IMG/VR virus record: IMGVR_UViG_2724679206_000002
Coordinates: 8,877 to 72,876 of that record
Source of the DNA: a virus
Lineage: Duplodnaviria; Caudoviricetes
DNA: 64,000 nt
Direction: 5' to 3' (one strand)
The translations under genes and the position numbers were made by a program. Under the pieces are notes generated by a model that was not told the DNA's origin, made no database searches, and worked only from the letters and a program-made list of their open reading frames with translations. Numbering within the stretch: position 1 is the stretch's first letter; each line of letters opens with the position of its first letter. Shown here piece after piece: positions 59,986 to 64,000 of this stretch.

Positions 59986-60651
59986 ATGATAATGGAAAAT
60001 TTATTAAAAATTGGTGGGTTGTTGGCAGTTCTCGTTGTACCGATATTTTTGGCGCATTTGAACAATAGATTGGCACATCTAAAACATTCAAAAGATAGCA
60101 AAGCTGAGGCTTTGAAATTAGCAGATGAGTTTGAATCTTCTGAGCTAGAAAAGCGTTCAAATTTGTATAAGGATAGGCTAGCCAAATCACTTTTTAACAA
60201 TGAAGCACTTACATATAGTGAGGCTAAATTCTTTACCAAGTATGAAAATGCAGATATGTGGGTAGGCGAATACGTAAAAGTAAGGAATAGGTTGAAACGT
60301 GAAAGGGATGAAGACGGTACTTTAATAGAGTTTAAAGCTAGGGCTAAGTGGTACACGATTCTGCTATCACTGTTTGGGTATATCGCTTTTGCTTTTGTAG
60401 GATTAATCCCTTTTTATAAAGCTCAGAAGTATATGGATTGGATACTAAGCTACTACGATAAAGGAATGCTATTAAGTGTTTTTATCATAGTTGCATTGCA
60501 TGCAATATGTTTAGCTGCTGCATTTTTATGCCTAAAATATGTTGAGAGGTGTGCTGATGCGGGTATATTTATGAATGACTTTTATAAATATGCTTTTAAG
60601 GTAGAGAATATTGAAGAACAGGATATTGGTGAAATAGATAAGGTTGCATAG
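59986..60651 (+). CDS. Membrane protein, unknown function
   Basis: N-terminal TM plus two further TM segments; low GC. Confidence 0.7.
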   Translation: MIMENLLKIGGLLAVLVVPIFLAHLNNRLAHLKHSKDSKAEALKLADEFESSELEKRSNLYKDRLAKSLFNNEALTYSEAKFFTKYENADMWVGEYVKVRNRLKRERDEDGTLIEFKARAKWYTILLSLFGYIAFAFVGLIPFYKAQKYMDWILSYYDKGMLLSVFIIVALHAICLAAAFLCLKYVERCADAGIFMNDFYKYAFKVENIEEQDIGEIDKVA

Positions 60652-60717
60652 ATTATAATCCCAAGCAAGCCAAGAATTCCTAAACTTGTAGAATAAAGCA
60701 CCCGAAGGTGCTAATTT

Positions 60718-61392
60718 TTACTTGCGCGTATTTATTGGGCCAAACATTCCTGAATTGATTAATAATTCCCATGTTTTCTTAATGGCTTGACCTGTTTCTT
60801 GATTTACAAATAAAGAAGATCTACGTCCATGCGGTTTACCCAATAAGTGAGGCAACATGTTGTCCCAAGTTTCGGCAAAAGTGCTTATCTTAGAAGCATC
60901 AACGGCTTTTTCTAAGATTAAAGGCATAGCTGTAGACAAGGGGATAGTTCCATCATCGTAAAGTGGTTTACTCCATTCACACTTTACTAATACTGCAGTT
61001 GCTTGTGAGCTATAAAACTTCACTGCTAAACGTTCTGCTGTAATTAAAGCAGCATCATTCGGTATTTGTTTACGAACGGAGTCTATGACTTTTTGTCCAT
61101 CATCATATGGACAGGTAATGAAACCGTGAGTAAAAAAAACAGTATGATCTAAACCTTTATATCCACAATCTGCGTGTGGAGCGACTACTTGTCTAGTTTT
61201 CTTTTGGATATTTAGTAAAGGATGCCAATCAGGATACCAATCTATAACAGGACCTAGATCAATAAATAAATCCTGCAGAACGCTTCTACTTTCGCTTTGT
61301 TCTTTAGTACTTAAATCATTAAGCCGAGACAGAAGATAGTTTTCAGCCCATGCTTTACCATCTTTTATCTCTTCATCTGCTCTAAAAGCCAT
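60718..61392 (-). CDS. Hypothetical protein
   Basis: 224-aa ORF; hairpin AGCACC-cgaa-GGTGCT downstream. Confidence 0.7.
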   Translation of the reverse strand: MAFRADEEIKDGKAWAENYLLSRLNDLSTKEQSESRSVLQDLFIDLGPVIDWYPDWHPLLNIQKKTRQVVAPHADCGYKGLDHTVFFTHGFITCPYDDGQKVIDSVRKQIPNDAALITAERLAVKFYSSQATAVLVKCEWSKPLYDDGTIPLSTAMPLILEKAVDASKISTFAETWDNMLPHLLGKPHGRRSSLFVNQETGQAIKKTWELLINSGMFGPINTRK

Positions 61393-61637
61393 GTTAGCAA
61401 TCTCTTAAGAATCTAAAAACACTATATTTAAACATTATGCATAAAACAATGATTTTATGCATTAATTTTAAAATTTTTATTATCTACTTGTTCTTATTAA
61501 CTTTAATTATTGACGCATTCGGTAAAGATATTTCAATATGAGCCATCTTTTTGTTTGGATAAGCACAGTATTAGACGGTATTTAGGTAATGAATGTGTGG
61601 CAATTCAAAAACAAAGAAGAGAACTAAAAAAAGCACC

Positions 61638-62528
61638 TTATGGTGCTTCTTTATTTTTTACTTCATTCTTAAATGCTTGTGCCATTGTCGTCATTGTTTC
61701 CAATGCATCTTTAGCAAAACTAACATCAGCATTCTTTAATAGGTAAGTTTCTGGCCATTTAATTTCTGAACTAAGTTGCTCCAACAAGATAGTAAAATCT
61801 TTATCACCCTTTTCAGCAGAGACAAGATATATCAGCATATATTTATCAAAAATTGATTTAATTTTGGTTAGGTAGGTTGATGTATCAGAGAAACTTTTAT
61901 ACTGGCGAAGATACCATGCACTTATAAACTCAATAAATATAAATACTAATGAGGTTGAGATGATGCCATATATGTGATTAGTTTTAAATTCACCTATGTA
62001 GCTTATATATATTTGCCAAAATATGATGGCGATAATGAAATAAGTAATTCCTGTAATAAAATATAGTTTTCCATTATCAAGAAGTATCGATGCTTTCTTA
62101 TCTGAATCGATACTTTTTTCTTCCAGAGTATTTACTATTTTTAAAAAATACAGCTTAAAGCTATCGAGTGAATTTAAATCAGTGAGCCTTTCTTCTTTGC
62201 CTTGTTCTACTTTACTATTGGGATTTTGATTGATCTCTCTAGAGGTATCGATATCACTTAAATTCTTTGTACTTCTGAAAGCAGAATATAGTTCGCTTGA
62301 GAGTAAATATAGTATGGGAATACCAAAATATATAAAAATATTGTCTTGAAAAAATAAATCGAAAGTTTTTTCTGTGTCAATTGGTGGGCTAAATAATTGA
62401 TATCCAAAGTAAGAGTATAATAATAAGAATATTGAAAACATTAAAACAAATTTTTTATTTCTACTGAAAATCTTGAAAATAAAATCGGTTGCTAAATTTA
62501 TTTCGCTGAACATTTTTACCCTAAACAA
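61638..62528 (-). CDS. Membrane protein (about 4 TM), unknown function
   Basis: Hydrophobic segments; very low GC; downstream of the mnt-like gene. Confidence 0.7.
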   Translation of the reverse strand: MFRVKMFSEINLATDFIFKIFSRNKKFVLMFSIFLLLYSYFGYQLFSPPIDTEKTFDLFFQDNIFIYFGIPILYLLSSELYSAFRSTKNLSDIDTSREINQNPNSKVEQGKEERLTDLNSLDSFKLYFLKIVNTLEEKSIDSDKKASILLDNGKLYFITGITYFIIAIIFWQIYISYIGEFKTNHIYGIISTSLVFIFIEFISAWYLRQYKSFSDTSTYLTKIKSIFDKYMLIYLVSAEKGDKDFTILLEQLSSEIKWPETYLLKNADVSFAKDALETMTTMAQAFKNEVKNKEAP

Positions 62529-62588
62529 CTGTATTAAATATTTATAAAAAATAGGTTAACTTGGTTTTACCCCAAAAACTAACCAAAG

Positions 62589-62864
62589 TTAGTTTTCATC
62601 ACTTTTTTTTGAGAGTCTTTCCCCGCGCTCAATTTCTTCACTCGTAAGTCGTATAGAGTTTTCCCCGAGCTTTTTCATAACGACAGCTAATAATTTCTCT
62701 AAAGGCACACTTTCTAGATACCCAATTTCATTTCTAAAGCTTTGCTCTAAACGAAATACAGCCTCGGCATTGATAGACCTGCCACTTTCTTTAGCAGCAT
62801 TTTCAACCTGCTGTTTAAGTTCAATTGGTACACGAAGATTAAATTGTGGATCTGTTCTAGCCAT
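62589..62864 (-). CDS. mnt: Arc/Mnt-family ribbon-helix-helix repressor (Mnt-like)
   Basis: MARTDPQFNLRVP.ELK...A...GRS.NAE. Confidence 0.8.
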   Translation of the reverse strand: MARTDPQFNLRVPIELKQQVENAAKESGRSINAEAVFRLEQSFRNEIGYLESVPLEKLLAVVMKKLGENSIRLTSEEIERGERLSKKSDEN

Positions 62865-62901
62865 CAGAATGAAGCCTAAATAAATTTTAGTAAGAATATG
62901 C

Positions 62902-62955
62902 TAGTACGGTGCTTGACTTCAATATTAGCACGGTATTAGTATTAGCACTGTGATA
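62902..62955. promoter_or_regulatory. Pant-like promoter with three TAGCAC-n-GTGCTA-like operators
   Basis: TAGTACGGTGCTT 62902, TAGCACGGTATTA 62926, TAGCACTGTGATA 62943; -35 TTGACT at 62913. Confidence 0.7.
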
Positions 62956-62974
62956 TCAATAAAGAGTTTCTTAA

Positions 62975-63124
62975 ATGTCGAGACAAGATAGACAATTGAA
63001 TATTCGAATACCCCATAAATTGATAGCAGAGCTAAAGAAAAATGCGGAAGTAAACAAAAGATCTATGACAGCTCAACTAAATTTTATTATTGAAGAATGG
63101 TTGAAAAATCAGCCTAATAGCTAA
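62975..63124 (+). CDS. arc: Arc-like repressor (49 aa)
   Basis: Hand translation MSRQDRQLNIRIPHKLIAELKKNAEVNKRSMTAQLNFIIEEWLKNQPNS. Confidence 0.8.
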   Translation: MSRQDRQLNIRIPHKLIAELKKNAEVNKRSMTAQLNFIIEEWLKNQPNS

Positions 63125-63190
63125 CACAAATAATGAAGCCCCTTAATCTTGGCGGACCAGGGGCTTCTGTCTAAACCTTGGAGTAAAGAC

Positions 63191-64000
63191 ATGAATAGTC
63201 TAGCATTAACATTTAATGAAGTGAACTTGAAACCATTATTAGTGAATAATAGTCAAGTTTGGATAGGGGTAACCCAAATTGGGTTAGCCTTAGGATATGC
63301 CAATCCCGAAACAGCTATAACGAAAATTTTTAATCGTAAGTCTGATGAATTTACTTCTGATATGACACGTCTAGTTGAAGTGCAGACGAATGGTGGGGTT
63401 CAGCAAATTAGAGCTTTCTCTTTACGTGGTTGCCATCTCATTACATTCTTTGCCCGCACACCAGTCGCCAAAGAGTTCCGCAAATGGGTACTCGACGTAC
63501 TGGAAAAAGAAGTCTTGCAACAACAAATCGACACTCGAGTAAAAATCAACGCAGAACAACAAGCCTTACTCAAAGAAATTGTCGACCGACGTTGTGAGGG
63601 CAGCACAAAGAAACGCACTGAACTCTGGGCTAGACATAACAAGCACTTTCGCATCCCACGTTATAGCGAACTCTTGGCCATGCATTTCCAAGATGCTGTG
63701 GACTACCTAGAAACCATGCAAATCAAAGCAAAAGGGGATATTCATATAGATGAAAGCCAATCTATAGAAATGCTTTGTGGCCATGCTCGGCTATTTCAGG
63801 CTTGGTGGAACACCCATAGCCCGGCATTCGCCAAACTTAACCCACAGCTCGTTTATATGCTGCACGACAATATGTTCTCTATGAGCTATGCCATATCGGA
63901 CGTATGCAAAAAATATGGCATCAAAGTACCAAGTTATGACTATGACCACATGTTCGAACTAAAAACACTGCCGCATGAACGATATAGATTGCTGAAATAA
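63191..64000 (+). CDS. ant: Antirepressor (BRO-N domain)
   Basis: LALGYA...EFT..MT...GG.Q..R.FSLRGCHL...ART..AKEFRKWVLD; GGAG RBS. Confidence 0.88.
   Translation: MNSLALTFNEVNLKPLLVNNSQVWIGVTQIGLALGYANPETAITKIFNRKSDEFTSDMTRLVEVQTNGGVQQIRAFSLRGCHLITFFARTPVAKEFRKWVLDVLEKEVLQQQIDTRVKINAEQQALLKEIVDRRCEGSTKKRTELWARHNKHFRIPRYSELLAMHFQDAVDYLETMQIKAKGDIHIDESQSIEMLCGHARLFQAWWNTHSPAFAKLNPQLVYMLHDNMFSMSYAISDVCKKYGIKVPSYDYDHMFELKTLPHERYRLLK

Overview
The window is most of a temperate myovirus prophage; gene content and codon usage suggest an Acinetobacter-like host. No att site or integrase is visible. It has three parts. (1) A lambdoid control and replication region at 1-5.2 kb (cI/cro/cII, replication initiator with iterons, Q-like gene), followed by tRNA-fMet and small morons. 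(2) A scrambled P1-like virion module at 9.5-52.9 kb (terminase with a mini-intein, head-processing protease, capsid, sheath, tube, baseplate, portal, Hdf/DarA/DdrA/DdrB, lysis). (3) An accessory island (NRPS-like A-T-R enzyme, MFS/TetR, wH-HNH nuclease) and a P22 immI-like mnt-arc-ant cassette. The most notable signals read directly from the sequence are five. First, 18 copies of a late-promoter element YTGGAAY-N28/29-(-10 hexamer), most with a hairpin placed to hide the RBS only on read-through RNA. Second, an F-D-S motif concentrated in head proteins and lying at every domain boundary of DdrB, consistent with polyprotein processing by the prohead protease. Third, a tail sheath that appears split, its N-terminal domain encoded separately twice with unrelated C-terminal payloads. 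Fourth, a stand-alone, catalytically degenerate copy of the terminase nuclease domain. Fifth, a Tad1-family anti-defence sponge and lipid/bile-acid enzyme morons. Family assignments come from motif recognition and recollection; no searches were run.
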